DNA of 59,536 nt, counting the filler, from Dugesia japonica (lineage: Eukaryota): the NCBI GenBank assembly GCA_001938525.1. It is 5 parts of 5 records of this genome, joined end to end, with 100 filler letters (N's around TTAATTAATTAA, not from the genome) between each part and the next. Parts side by side here need not be neighbours in the genome. Positions count along the whole stretch, not along the records: positions 46,666 to 59,536 come from MQRL01577895.1; 4 more parts are not named here. The stretch is one strand, 5' to 3'. Below the pieces are notes generated by a model that had not been told where the DNA came from, did no database searches, and saw only the letters and a program-made list of their open reading frames with translations. Made by a program: the position numbers and the translations under genes. Positions 47,766 to 59,536 of the stretch are shown in pieces. How positions within the stretch are numbered: position 1 is the first letter of the stretch; each line of letters starts with the position of its first letter.

Positions 47766-48336
47766 ATATATTTGATTTTCATATAATTGAAGTTGACTAC
47801 TGTTTTCAAAATTAAAATTTAGTTTTATAATTAACAATGACTAAAAACTATTTTGTCAATTAACTACTCTATTTTTCAACTTCTATAGTACATTTTAAAC
47901 CCGTTGTAACACCATCTTTCTGATAGAACCAATCATTATTGATTAAAAAATTAACATCTTTACAGCAAAATGTAAACTGTTCTCTCATAGTTATTTCATA
48001 AAAACTTATAGTTTAAATTCCCGTAATAAATTACCAGAGATCAACACACATATCGAGTTTCTCATTTATAGGAACGTTTGTGAACAGATTAATTATTGGA
48101 TTGAATACGTAATAGATTTTATTGGTCAGTATGTAAACACTTTCCTTCTTAATTTACAGCAGTAACTGATAATGGATATAGTTTTGTCCAAAACATGTAT
48201 TACAAATAAAAATTTTAAAATTTTTCGTGTTTTTATTATATATATATATATTTGATTTTCATATAATTGAAGTTGACGACTGTTTTCAAAATTAAAATTT
48301 AGTTTTATAATTAACAATGACTAAAAACTATTTTGT
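47765..48336 (+). repeat. ~90-bp direct repeat pair (47765-47856 and ~48245-48336)
   Basis: tatatatttgattttcatataattgaagttgac.actgttttc...gactaaaaactattttgt is duplicated. Confidence 0.8.
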
Positions 48337-51300
48337 AAACTTTTCACATTTTTGGTTATAAATATTGACTCACTTCCTGTAAAATTACTTCCTGTTTATT
48401 CATTTTTTCTTTAGCGCGTGAATTAATAACCTGAAAGAATATGTCATGAATTTAACAATTCTAAAAATAATATTTTCATTTATTTATTGAATTAAATGTA
48501 AATTGAAAATTTTTAATTAACAACATAAGAAACTTAATACGTTATTTAAATAAATTTAATATTTTAATTGATATTTAGAATTACTATTCCGCTTTATAAT
48601 GAAAATTATTGCGAGAATAATTGTTGAACTTAACCATTGATCACATTTAAAGATTTCATTAAAATAATAATTTCGATCAAAATGTTGTCAATACAATTGA
48701 CTCGTAATTTTTTTGTTTTTTGGGTGAGTATGTTTTGAAGAGCGAGTTGAAATTTTTGTGCTTTGATTGGAAATTATTTTTGTTAAAAATCTTTTATTTA
48801 AAAATTGAAAGTAAATTAAATTAAAGTTTTGGTACAAAAATTGTGTAGATTTTCAGAAACTACAATTTTGTTTTGAAATTTAGAAAATTAAAAATGTTAT
48901 TTTGATTGTTCTGTTAAAAAATTTGGAAAATTAAAAATTATATTTTGAATTAATTAGAAAATAATTTCCAGTTAAAGCATGAGGTTTTAATTTGTTTGAA
49001 TAAACAAACAATGATGTTATAGTTTAGTTTGTGAATAAATTTTACTATGGAATCGAGTTTCGATATTAATGATCCGGTGAGTATTTCACACTCATCTAAC
49101 ATTGGGTTTCTAACTTTGTTTAATCGTTTTCTGAATTTCATATATTTTCAATTAGATAAATTAGGATTGATCTAAGAACATTTTTAACTGTAACTATTGA
49201 TGACGGATATCATAAACATTTTAAATCCATAAAACGTGAAATTTACTTGCCTTCGTATACAAAGAAGTACTAATATGTATTGTGTNNNNNNNNNNNNNNN
49301 AAAAAAATTCTTTTATTTAATTTATTATAATATTTATTTTATATAATACATTAATTCCTTATTTTACAATTATTTACATTTTTACAGAAAATTAAATAAA
49401 TTATTTTAAGAATGAAATTTGTATTTTAAAAAAACATGTATAAAATACATATTAATTATTATAATTTTGTTAATATTGTTGTTATCATTCTTAACAGTTA
49501 TTATATTCTTATTAATTTATTTTTATTATTACAAATATTATTATTCATTGTAACTATCATCGCAAATAAAATATCATTTTACCATTATTATCATCATTGT
49601 AAAGCATTGCGAATATTACTATCATTATTTCTTTATGACATATTAAATTTGACCTGTCCACAATGTTATTAAAGTTATTTTCGTTTGATTAGCAAAAAGC
49701 TTTAATCAAACAATATTCTTTTAATAATTCTCCATTTGTCTTCTATTAATAAGTTCGTTTTTATACTACAAAGTATTTTTCGTACCATATTTTAAAAATA
49801 TCTTACATATAATCTTCAATTGTAACTTAATTTTACTATTCATAATTTCATTTTTATTTTGAATTCATTTCTTTCTATTCATATTGCAAAGAAAATATTT
49901 TTTTTAATTGGATTTAAGAAAACCGGTATTTTCCATAATGAGACTCAACATTATTTTTTAAAATGTTTTTAAATATTAATTTTAATTTTTAACAAACTTG
50001 TATTTACAGCCCCTTAAATTTGGAAAGAAAATAAAAAATAAGGATCAGAAATGAATAATTAAAAATTAGGTCGATTCCGGCAATAATCAGAGAATTAATT
50101 TAATTTTAGTTTGTTTAATTTGTTTTTAAAAACAAATTTATATTTTTTAACTTTGATTTTCTATGAAATTTTGTGGAATCAAAAACTCTTAAATTTAACG
50201 ATGAATGTCCTAGTTAAGGGATGCGTTACCGCTTAGCTAATGATAACCTCATAGTATGAATGATATTTTTTTCTAAAATCAAATGTCCTAAATATTGATA
50301 TTTAATTAAGGGTGAACACGAAGCCATGTAAATAAACATTCAAATATTGTCAACAAACTCTTATAAATAATTTTTTATAAAGTTAGTCAAATAAATAANN
50401 NNNNNNNNNNNNNNAAATAAATGTATAACATTTTCTAAAATATTTTAAACAGTTTATAAATTTATTTACACTTCTAATTTTGAAAAATCTCTTTATATTT
50501 TGTTCTGTAAATCCTAAAAATAATACAATAGTCGGAAAATATAAGGCCTTCCGAAATTAAGAAAAATAAAAAATTTTAAGAATTTTGTTGCTATTTCTAG
50601 ATGTAGGGAATTCCTAAAATAAAATAATTTTAACAAGCAATTGTTTTTGTATGCATTTGCATTTCAAGTTTCGTGTTTAAACAAAGTGTGAATTACAACA
50701 TTTTGTATGTTAAAATGATTAATATACTAGTAAATCTAGTGATAGCAATGATGTATTTATGTTTTACGCACATTTATGTGTTTATTGTCAGAAAGTAACA
50801 ACGAATAAATTTTTGTTATGTATGTAATTTATATATTCATTTTTCATATTTTTAATGTTTATTTATAAATTATTGAGAAGCTTTTTCGTTTTTAAATAAA
50901 CAATAGTGATTTGATTTAAATAATTTGATGTGGATATGCAATCTGTAATATTAAACCTTGTAAGTATGAACATGAAAGTTAATTTTAATTTGCTTTATTG
51001 TATTATTTTCGCTATTTTTAAGTCTGAAGCTGATCCCATGTTTTCATATTAGAGACCTGTAAAGCTTCGAGATTCGATTCAATTATAAATTCAAGTAACC
51101 GATTCAAATAATCAGAACTCGACACAACAATCTTATCAACGAATGATGATAATTTATACAGGCCAAAATTGATTAGGCATTTCATTTGCTATGCCTTCTC
51201 ACATATTTGCCATTGATTTTAATGATTACGTACAAAATATCAAATGAAAAAATGCTGTATTTGTTTAACAATAAATCTTCAATAAAAACGTTTAAGAAAA

Positions 51301-51460
51301 TCAATGCTTATTTTTAATTCTTCAAAAACTTTATTTTCTTTATTCNNNNNNNNNNNNNNNNNNNNNNNNNNNNNNNNNNNNNNNNNNNNNNNNNNNNNNN
51401 NNNNNNNNNNNNNNNNNNNNNNNNNNNNNNNNNNNNNNNNNNNNNNNNNNNNNNNNNNNN

Positions 51461-51949
51461 ATTTTTGCATAACAGTTGGTATTCACACAATAGTATAAAC
51501 GTGCAAGTTATTAAGATATAATTTTTCGTTCCATCCCGGTCAATTTGACCGTAAGTAGCAAGTACGTTATACTTTATTAAGGATAGAAAAGCTTCACATT
51601 GTTGTATAATTTCCCAAAAACCTGTTTGTTTACAATGTTCAAGACATATTTGCAAGGAATGTATTTGAATTTAAGCTTTTTCTAATTTTGCATCTCATAT
51701 GTTTATGCAGATTGGTCAATAAATTATCTAACTTTGAAGACTATGTTTTATTTTATTTTGTCTTATTTTAAGGGTGCAGTTTTGTGTGTTGTAAAACATA
51801 AATATCTATAGAAAACGTTTTGGATATATTTAATCATTAATAATTACTTGTTAAAACGTTGAAAATGAATTATTTTTGTAGCCGTTCAATTTGACATGAT
51901 TGTAGTGTGAGTGTAGCAGCATTGTAGCATTGTAGCAGTTGAGGGTTAA
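51461..51949 (+). mobile_element. piggyBac 3' end remnant; second copy of the 3' non-coding part at ~53128-53379
   Basis: DRKASHCCIISQKPVCLQCSRHICKEC cysteine-rich tail, ending ...GAGGG-TTAA. Confidence 0.7.
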
Positions 51950-52309
51950 AAAAAATTGCCTTACACAAATATAAATTTATTGTTTTAAACGGTCCTTATC
52001 ATTAATTGTTTTTTTAAAAATAAATTTAACGACAAACCTCCACAACTCCTTTACTTTAATTATAAAACAATTTGTTTAGTTGAAAGATATTAAATATATA
52101 ATAAAAACATAAAACGCTTCAATTATCGATCAATACATGAACTCGGTATATCTTCTAATATTTTCTATTCTAATAAATTTGAAAACAAACAAAGTAGGAG
52201 GAAATCTACTTTACAATTGAATGATAATAATATTTACAATTTTACTATTCAAAAAGTTAAAAAATAATGGCAAATTATTTATAAATACTGAAACACGCCA
52301 TTTAAAACA

Positions 52310-52640
52310 ATATTTATTGATAGCTACAAGTTTCGACAGCATATATTTCCTCTTCAGCAAACTGTTTTAAACTATGAATAGAGTATTTACATTAAAATTC
52401 TGTATTCTGCAATCCATTATGTAACAACCCCAATAAAATTCAAATTATATAAAGATATTCAATAAAGATTTAGAAAGACCCGTTTGAACATTAATTTTTG
52501 GATCAATTGATTTAATCATTAATGCTTTGCACATGACTCTCTCCCAATAATCTTTAAAGTTTCTGCACAAAATTTTGAAATTATTAATACTTATAATTGA
52601 TTTACAATGAATATTATGTTCTGCAATATTACTACGAATA
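52310..52640 (-). pseudogene. Penelope-like GIY-YIG C-terminal fragment with downstream degenerate hammerhead-like motif
   Basis: SNIAEH...FKIL......RVMCKALMIKSIDPKINVQ, then on the minus strand CTGAAGA...CGAAAC at ~52328-52359. Confidence 0.7.
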
Positions 52641-55600
52641 TAAATTTTACTATTGATAGTTAATTAAAAATCAGGAATGGCAGAAAAGAATATTGTATTT
52701 AATCCTGGAGATGATTGTGTAATAATCGGTTACTGTATATATACTGTACTATATATCCGTGATAGACACCACCACTGAAATTAATGTTGTATGGTGGGAA
52801 AATACGGTGAGGTACTCATCCGTTTTCTCATTAGTTCCGTAACCCTCAAAGAAGCAAAGCATACTTTGATAGCATTTAGCGTTTAGGTCGACCAATAGAA
52901 GTGACAATGAAGAAAAAGTGGCTGCTATTCGAAATCTGATTAGAATAGATCCGTGGATCCCTTGGAATAAAATGATGGAAAGGTTGAAAATCTCTGAAGA
53001 GCAAATTACGTAATATTTGGCATAAACATCTGGGCACATTGCTGTGTTTAATCGAAATTTCAAGCCATCACATTCGAACAAGTGGAGGTTCACCTGAAAG
53101 GGTGCCAAAAGAACCAGACAAAATTCGAATGTATTTGAATTTTAGCTTTTCTAATTTCGTATCTGATTATATGTTTATGTGGATTTGTCAATAAGTTCTC
53201 TAAGTTTAAAGACTTACTAGTTTTTATTTTATTTTCTTATTTTAAGAGTGCAGTTTTGTGTGTAATCCTTAATAATTACTTGTTAAAACGTGGAAAATGA
53301 ATTATTTTTGTAGCCGGTCAATTTAAACTAATTGTAGTGTGAGCGTATCCATATCATCATTGTAGCTGTTGAAGGTTAAAACACTCAAAATTCGTTGAGA
53401 AAAGAATTGATGAAAGCACTAAAAACGTGTTTGATGAAGTTATTTTAAAATTTATTATGTCGGATGGATGGCCATTCAAGAATTTAAGTTCAATCTTTGT
53501 TTCATTGTTTAGAAAGATTTGTGATGCGCATTGAGAAAATGGAAAAATTTAATTGGAACTTAGAATAGAAGAAGAAATTAGTGTGTAATTCAGCACATAT
53601 TGCAAGAAAATCAGTAAGCAGTCGTGAAAGTAGTCTGTTTTTGTACTGGAAAGAGAAACAAGAGTTTTTTTTCACTTATATCAACAGCTGAACGCAAATT
53701 ACTCTTCATTCAAGCTACAAATGGTTCATCCAAAAGATTGGTGGATAAATTATTACAGGCAAATTCTTACAAGTAGAGACATTGATCTGAGCTCAGAAAA
53801 AAAGGACTTATTTTTCTTATTGGTGTAGTAATGAACAAACAATTAAGCGTTTGAAGTTTTAACTACAATATATAGCAAAATAATTGTCCGATAACATCAA
53901 AATGTACTAAGCAAAATACCTAATTTCTTTTCTCACCAAACATTATATAAATATTTGATTGGCCATTCAATTCAAAATCGAATATTTTGTTCCAATTTGA
54001 TTTGAGATTCGATTCGAACCAAAATTGATTATTCACAAGTCTCTATTTCAAATATGCGGTATCTATTTTTACACGAATTCTTCTGGAAAGTATTTACCGT
54101 GTAAAAACCGAGTTTGGTGCATAACCACTTTTCATTGGGTAGAATTTATAAAGTCTATTTTGATAATCTAACCAAAGAAAATTATATCTAAATTGCAGAC
54201 ATATTAAATGTATTTTTTATCAGTTTTCAGGAATGGCACCCCGTTTTACTTATCAATGTTACAACTAAGTTGTTCATGATTCGTAAGTCACCCCGTGATC
54301 AAAGAATGTGCGTAGAAATAAAATTGCAGAATTTTTATTTGAATTAAATTTTATTAAATGCATTATGATTATATTTTTAGAAAAACAGGTATATAATTAC
54401 TGTCGATGCGGCAAACAAATNNNNNNNNNNNNNNNNNNNNNNNNNNNNNNNNNNCGCCTTTTAGGTACCTCATTTTTGTCTTATTCGTTTGTTTACTCAA
54501 GACTTGTTTAAGAGATCTTATTTTACTCCATATCATTGCCTTTTGTCTGCTCTTTCTTCATAATGTTCAACGGTCCTCGTGTCCACTTTGCTTTTCTCCC
54601 CAACCACCCGCCTTATTTGGCACATCAATTACTTCAGGAAATTGCCTAATCATGTTCACTTTGTATATTGTTGTCTGTTAGCTTTAGTTTAAAATCCAAA
54701 ATATTGAACAAACTTACACCACTGGGTTTTTAATATATTTATAATTAATATGATATTAAACAGAAAATTGAATAATTTTATCATTGTTATATCGAATAAT
54801 AAAAAGATAATTTATATTATAAAACTTTATCGTAAAAGAAATAAAAATGATAGTAAAACATTAATTGTAAATAAAAGTATTATAAAAATAAAAATCATTT
54901 ATTAACCTCAGTAAGTGTTGACCATTTAACATTAACATCGTTCGTTTTAACTAGTGATCCAATATAATTCAAATCACATGTAATTTCATCAGATATATTT
55001 TCCAAACAAGCAAGTGGAGCTGTTTTATCATTAATTAACAATAGTTCATTTTCTAACAGTTCACAACATTGAAGGCCTTCATCGTTTTGTGATGTTCTTA
55101 ACAAATCGGCTTGGTCATTTTTATGTTCTTGATGTGTTTCTTTAAAGTATTTCAAGAAACATGAATTGTTAATTGTCATGGGAAAAATAGCATGCATTGT
55201 TAAATAGTAGTTTACAAATCATTGTTTTCTTTAATAATCACATACATAAGGCTTTTTATTAAATTTAATAATGTAGAAAAAATTATATTAATTAATTATA
55301 TTTTAAATTAAAATAATGAATTATTAAAATAAATTAATTAAATTAAAAATATCTAATGTTTTTTAAATTATAAGCTTCGGTCTTGTAAAACAAGGAAAAT
55401 AATTATTTTGATGAATAATGTGTGGTCAATTTCTTTTTATATCATTAATGTAGAGAATTTTTCTGATTTCTAACTCATGTAATAAAATGATTTTTTTTTA
55501 ATATAATATGTTAAAGAAACTTATCAATAGCAAGATCGCTCCTATAATCGGGCAAAGGAGTCTTTACACCGTGCCCCGTCTTCTAAATAGTTCCACGTAC

Positions 55601-55989
55601 AGTTTGCAATACCGGGATCCCGTGTAATTTACCCATCCTGAAATCCCAGTATTCGTTTGAAAACATCATGGAATCTCGGGATTACTACAAGTTTTCTAAT
55701 CATTAGTAAATAAATATAGAACTACACAAGCGTGTAATTACAAAAAATAAAGTAAGAAATAAGAGGCATTAAAAAGAAAAAGATAAAATACATGGCAACA
55801 ATAACAAAAACATATTTATTATTATTCTCTAGCTTATTTGTGATGAAGGTGTGATATTTTATATTTCATTATTTATAATATTATAAAAGTACATCATTTT
55901 AATATAATATTGAGTACATAGAAATAAAATAATTGTTTTAATAAATTTGTAATTTTATACTGAAATTCAGTGTATTTTTTCATAAGAAT

Positions 55990-56800
55990 ATAAAAATAGT
56001 ATATAATAATATATTAAGGATAGGTTTGCTTTTATTATGACCAATGAAGCAAGTGTAATAATGAAAGTAGGAAAAGTTNTACCAACAAATCAACAATTAT
56101 GTTTTACACATGTCATGCAACTGGCTGTACTTTCGGTTCCATACAAGCCATTCATCCATTCTGGATTTTCTGAATTTAAAAAAAAGCAACAAAAATATAG
56201 AATAGGAAAATGATGAATATTACTTTGCAGTTGATAATAATCGGGATCAGGAATCAAATGAATGGATTGGTCATTAAAAAAGTAAAAAAAAGTAGTTCAT
56301 ATATTTAAAAGATCATCAACAAAAAACGACAATTATTTACAAAAATATATAAAAATTAATTTTGGGATGGTCATTCATTTGAATAAATATTGAAAAAATT
56401 GATGGTGTAGCCTGCTATTTATGCTGAAAGATTTTATTTGTTAAAAAATTGTAAAAAGGCACTGGTTTACTTCAATATTGACGATTCATTAAAAAAAATA
56501 CAAATACGAGTATAAAATTGTTCCAGGTTTAGTTTATTGGTTGATTCCAATTAAATTAACGGTTGATGCAATTTATATACTCGATGCAAAATTATTAACT
56601 GCAGATATTGCATTAAAATAGTTGGGCTTTGAGGTTTTTGATGTTATCATTATTTGTTTTGAACACTTTTTCTTAATGATCTTTCTCATATTGATTTCTT
56701 TCAGATTGATGCCATCTTCATATCTTCTAGAGGTAGATAATTCAGGAGCAATCCAATTCAGGACTTGACAATTCCTGAAGAAGATAAATTCGAAAATTTT
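55990..56800 (-). pseudogene. Probable highly decayed MULE transposase fragment
   Basis: STN...LE.F motif and W.NG....C..H SWIM-like remnant; many stops. Confidence 0.35.
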
Positions 56801-57781
56801 GAAAAAATAAAAAACGTTTTTTGAAAAAGTTTTTGTTATTTTAATAAAAATTTTAAAAAGAAACATTTTTTTGAAACTTTTTTGATGTACGCCTAAGTTT
56901 ATTTTCATAATTTTGCAAATATTTAATTTTTTTATAAATTCTTTATTTCAGTTATTTATTTATATGTAAAATCACTTACACGCGTTTTTAGGTATATTTT
57001 TATGGACTCAGAATTTTTTATAATTATTGTTAGTTCTTACTAACGAAACCTAGCACACACAATCAAGTTATATTCTGTTTCGATGAACCTGAAAAAAAGT
57101 CCAAACAAACTGTGAGAGATGCGTTATCCCCATGTTGACTCTGACGATGACTATGGAACAGTCTTAAATTACTTGTGGTTTCCAGAAGAGATGACTCTAT
57201 CCATCAATCCCTCACACCATGGATGAATGAGTTATTGAATTTTTTTCGTTTTTCATTTTCCAGGTTAAAGTTTTTCTGATTTTCATTGAATATTTTTAAT
57301 TTAAATAATTTTCGGTTACCATTTCGTTAACATTGTAGTACTAACTATTCATTCGCAATACTTTTTATAAATATTCTGTTATAATTTTGTTTTTTTAACG
57401 TTCTGAATTTAGTATTGATTCTCATATACTATTAGTTTAAAAAAATCACAATAATAGAGATGGGACTAATATTTAAGTGAATAATTTCAATTTATTGCAA
57501 CGATTTACTACACGAAGGATGGTTTAATGCTTTTGTATATATGATTAAGTTTAGCAAATTTATAGCATTTAATTTTTTGAAAAAATTCTGAAATTAATAC
57601 TTGCTTGTTGAAAATAATTAATTTAGATTTTTTTAAGATTCTAAACAATGCTATATTTTTGAATTTAAAAAAATTAATTCTATATTTAGAAGTCATTAAA
57701 AAAAATTTCAAAAATAATCTTGTTTAAATAAAACTAATTATAAGAATATAACATTTGAAAAACGTTTTTCTAAAAACTAAC

Positions 57782-59021
57782 ATGGTAGAAGTCGAAGCTA
57801 AAATCATTAAACAAATTGAGGTAAGTTATTTAAAGTTTTTAAAATTTCTAATTTTTTCTTTAGTATTATTTTAGTGACATAAATATAGTGAAAGACAATC
57901 ATCTTAAACAATTAATTGAAAATTCTACAGATGGATGTAAATTCTTCTTGTCATTGTAATTTATTTATTAATATAGGGGTTGCATATGACGAGTTACTGA
58001 AATTTCCGAGATTAAAAAGTATAACTGAAGATAAAGAAGCAATTAAAACCGCCATACAGAATTCTGGATCAGTTATTGTTGAAGCTAATGATGACGGTAT
58101 TCGAAGAAATGTGTCACTAGCTATACCAGAAAATTTGTTAGGAATTACCGAAAAACACCTTGATAAAAGTGTTTATGTTAAAGGATTTTCTCCAAAAGAA
58201 ACTATTGATGCAATTATGGAATATCTTGAAACCCATGGTGGTCCAACCATGAATATCCATATGAGGAGATTGCCAAAAGATAAAACATTTAAAGGAAGTG
58301 TTTTTGCCGTATTCAAAACTGTTGAAGATGCGGAAAAGTTTCTCTCAAATGAAGAATCCTTGAAGTTTAAAGGAAACGATATGGTTAAGACTTGGCAGTA
58401 AGCTGGAAATTTTCACGTTATAAATATTGATAATCTATTAGAAAAGATTATTTAGAAGCTAAAAAAACCGAATACGACGAGAGACATAAAGAAAAGGAGA
58501 TTAGACAAAAGGAATTAATCGCTACTAAAGAAGCTCTACTTCAATCGAAAATGACAGTTGGTGCCTTGATTGAGTTTTCTATGATGAAAAAAGATGAAAA
58601 TTCCGAAGAAAAGGGTGATTTTGATGACGCCAGAGATGAAAAAGCTTCGACGAAAACTTTTAAAAGCTGGCTAACATTGTTGGTTACCGATATCGCTCCA
58701 GTTGCCTGGGTTGAGTTTTTCCCTATATCCAAGAAAATTATTGTCAGATTGGGAAANNNNNNNNNNNNNNNNNNNNNNNNNNNNNNNNNNNNNNNNNNNN
58801 NNNNNNNNNNNGAAGGAAAGGAGGCATTTAACTATCAAATTTATGAATTTACCGGTGTTGTTCTTAAAGACGAAAAAGAAAAGGATTATTGGAGAAATAT
58901 TTTAACTGAACAAGGACAAAAGAGAAAAGTTAATTAATTTAATTAATAATTTTTTTTAAATTTATTTATTCAGAGAAATGACAGAAATGCTGGTCCATAT
59001 AGAAAGAAAATGCGAAGATAA
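57782..59021 (+). CDS. SSB: La autoantigen homologue (La motif + RRM1 + divergent RRM2)
   Basis: Spliced MVEVEAKIIKQIE|YYFSDIN..KD..L...DG|WV...LLKFPRL (La motif); SVYVKGF and FKGSVFAVF (RNP2/RNP1); four ~43-45 nt GT-AG introns; basic C-terminus. Confidence 0.92.
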
Positions 59022-59536
59022 TTAAAAATATTTATTAATGAATAAATAATTATTGATCTATTTTCTTATTATTGATTAATTTTTAATTTCATTGTTTGAA
59101 TGTTTTTTTTTGTTAAAACCAAATCTTGTGATTTGCCTAATTCTCAGTACATGCATCGTCTTTTATGTTATGATACTTTACATTTACACTGCTCTGTTAA
59201 CCAATCATATTCATGCTTTCTAATACCTATCATGCATTTAATATTGGGTAGTATTTTCTCATCACTGGATTTACATTTTTGATTATGAATTTTTTTCAAA
59301 ATGTAAAATTGAAAGTTAGTAATGCAGTTGAGATTTTAATGAATAGTCCTATAATTCGTAAAAGTATGTTAATTTTTTTAATTTATTAGTTAAGAATAAT
59401 TAGGGATCCCAACTGATGCATTTGGTGATATAAGTGAGAAAGGTAAAGAAGAAAGCTACACTAATCAGCAGAATTATGAAGTACTTTTTTCGATTTTCAA
59501 CAAAAAATTAAGAAATACAAAAGATATTTTATAAAA

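Larger units (their letters stand above)
51050..54045 (+). mobile_element. Decayed hAT element hosting nested insertions
   Basis: TIRs TAGAGAC(C/T)TGT at both ends, gattcgattc subterminal motifs, and an 8-bp TSD tttcatat / tttcaaat (7/8 match). Weak transposase C-terminal remnants at ~53400-53800. Confidence 0.7.

Noticed and set aside
54895-55197. 100-aa minus-strand ORF
   Set aside because: No recognisable motif or clear exon structure.
59170-59536. Possible convergent gene 3' end downstream of La
   Set aside because: Short coding-like stretches only; no consistent spliced frame or family could be established.

Overview
Very AT-rich eukaryotic DNA, probably an invertebrate animal: host genes have tiny (~37-50 nt) GT-AG introns, and (TAA)n microsatellites are common. 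The window is at least five contigs joined by artificial N44-TTAATTAATTAA-N44 spacers (8696, 19695, 35901, 46610), so adjacency across them is not evidence. Host genes: Sds3/BRMS1-like fragment, M1 aminopeptidase (partial), STE-type kinase, La/SSB. The rest is mostly decayed transposons (MULE, mariner, Tc1, pogo/Tigger, hAT, piggyBac, Ty3/Gypsy, Penelope) plus two unrelated Polinton/Maverick (adintovirus-like) endogenous viruses. The first (~26.0-35.0 kb) is degraded. The second (35957-46565) has largely open ORFs: protein-primed PolB, pX-like core protein, penton, adenain protease and a fibre-like protein. Standout: that pPolB carries a 200-aa mini-intein (42372-42971, minus strand) inside catalytic motif C (YTD|S...KN|TD). 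Its splicing blocks closely resemble, from memory, giant-virus (Mimivirus-type) PolB inteins. The same element is also sprinkled with short GC-rich GCGNAGC mini-hairpin repeats, many inside ORFs.
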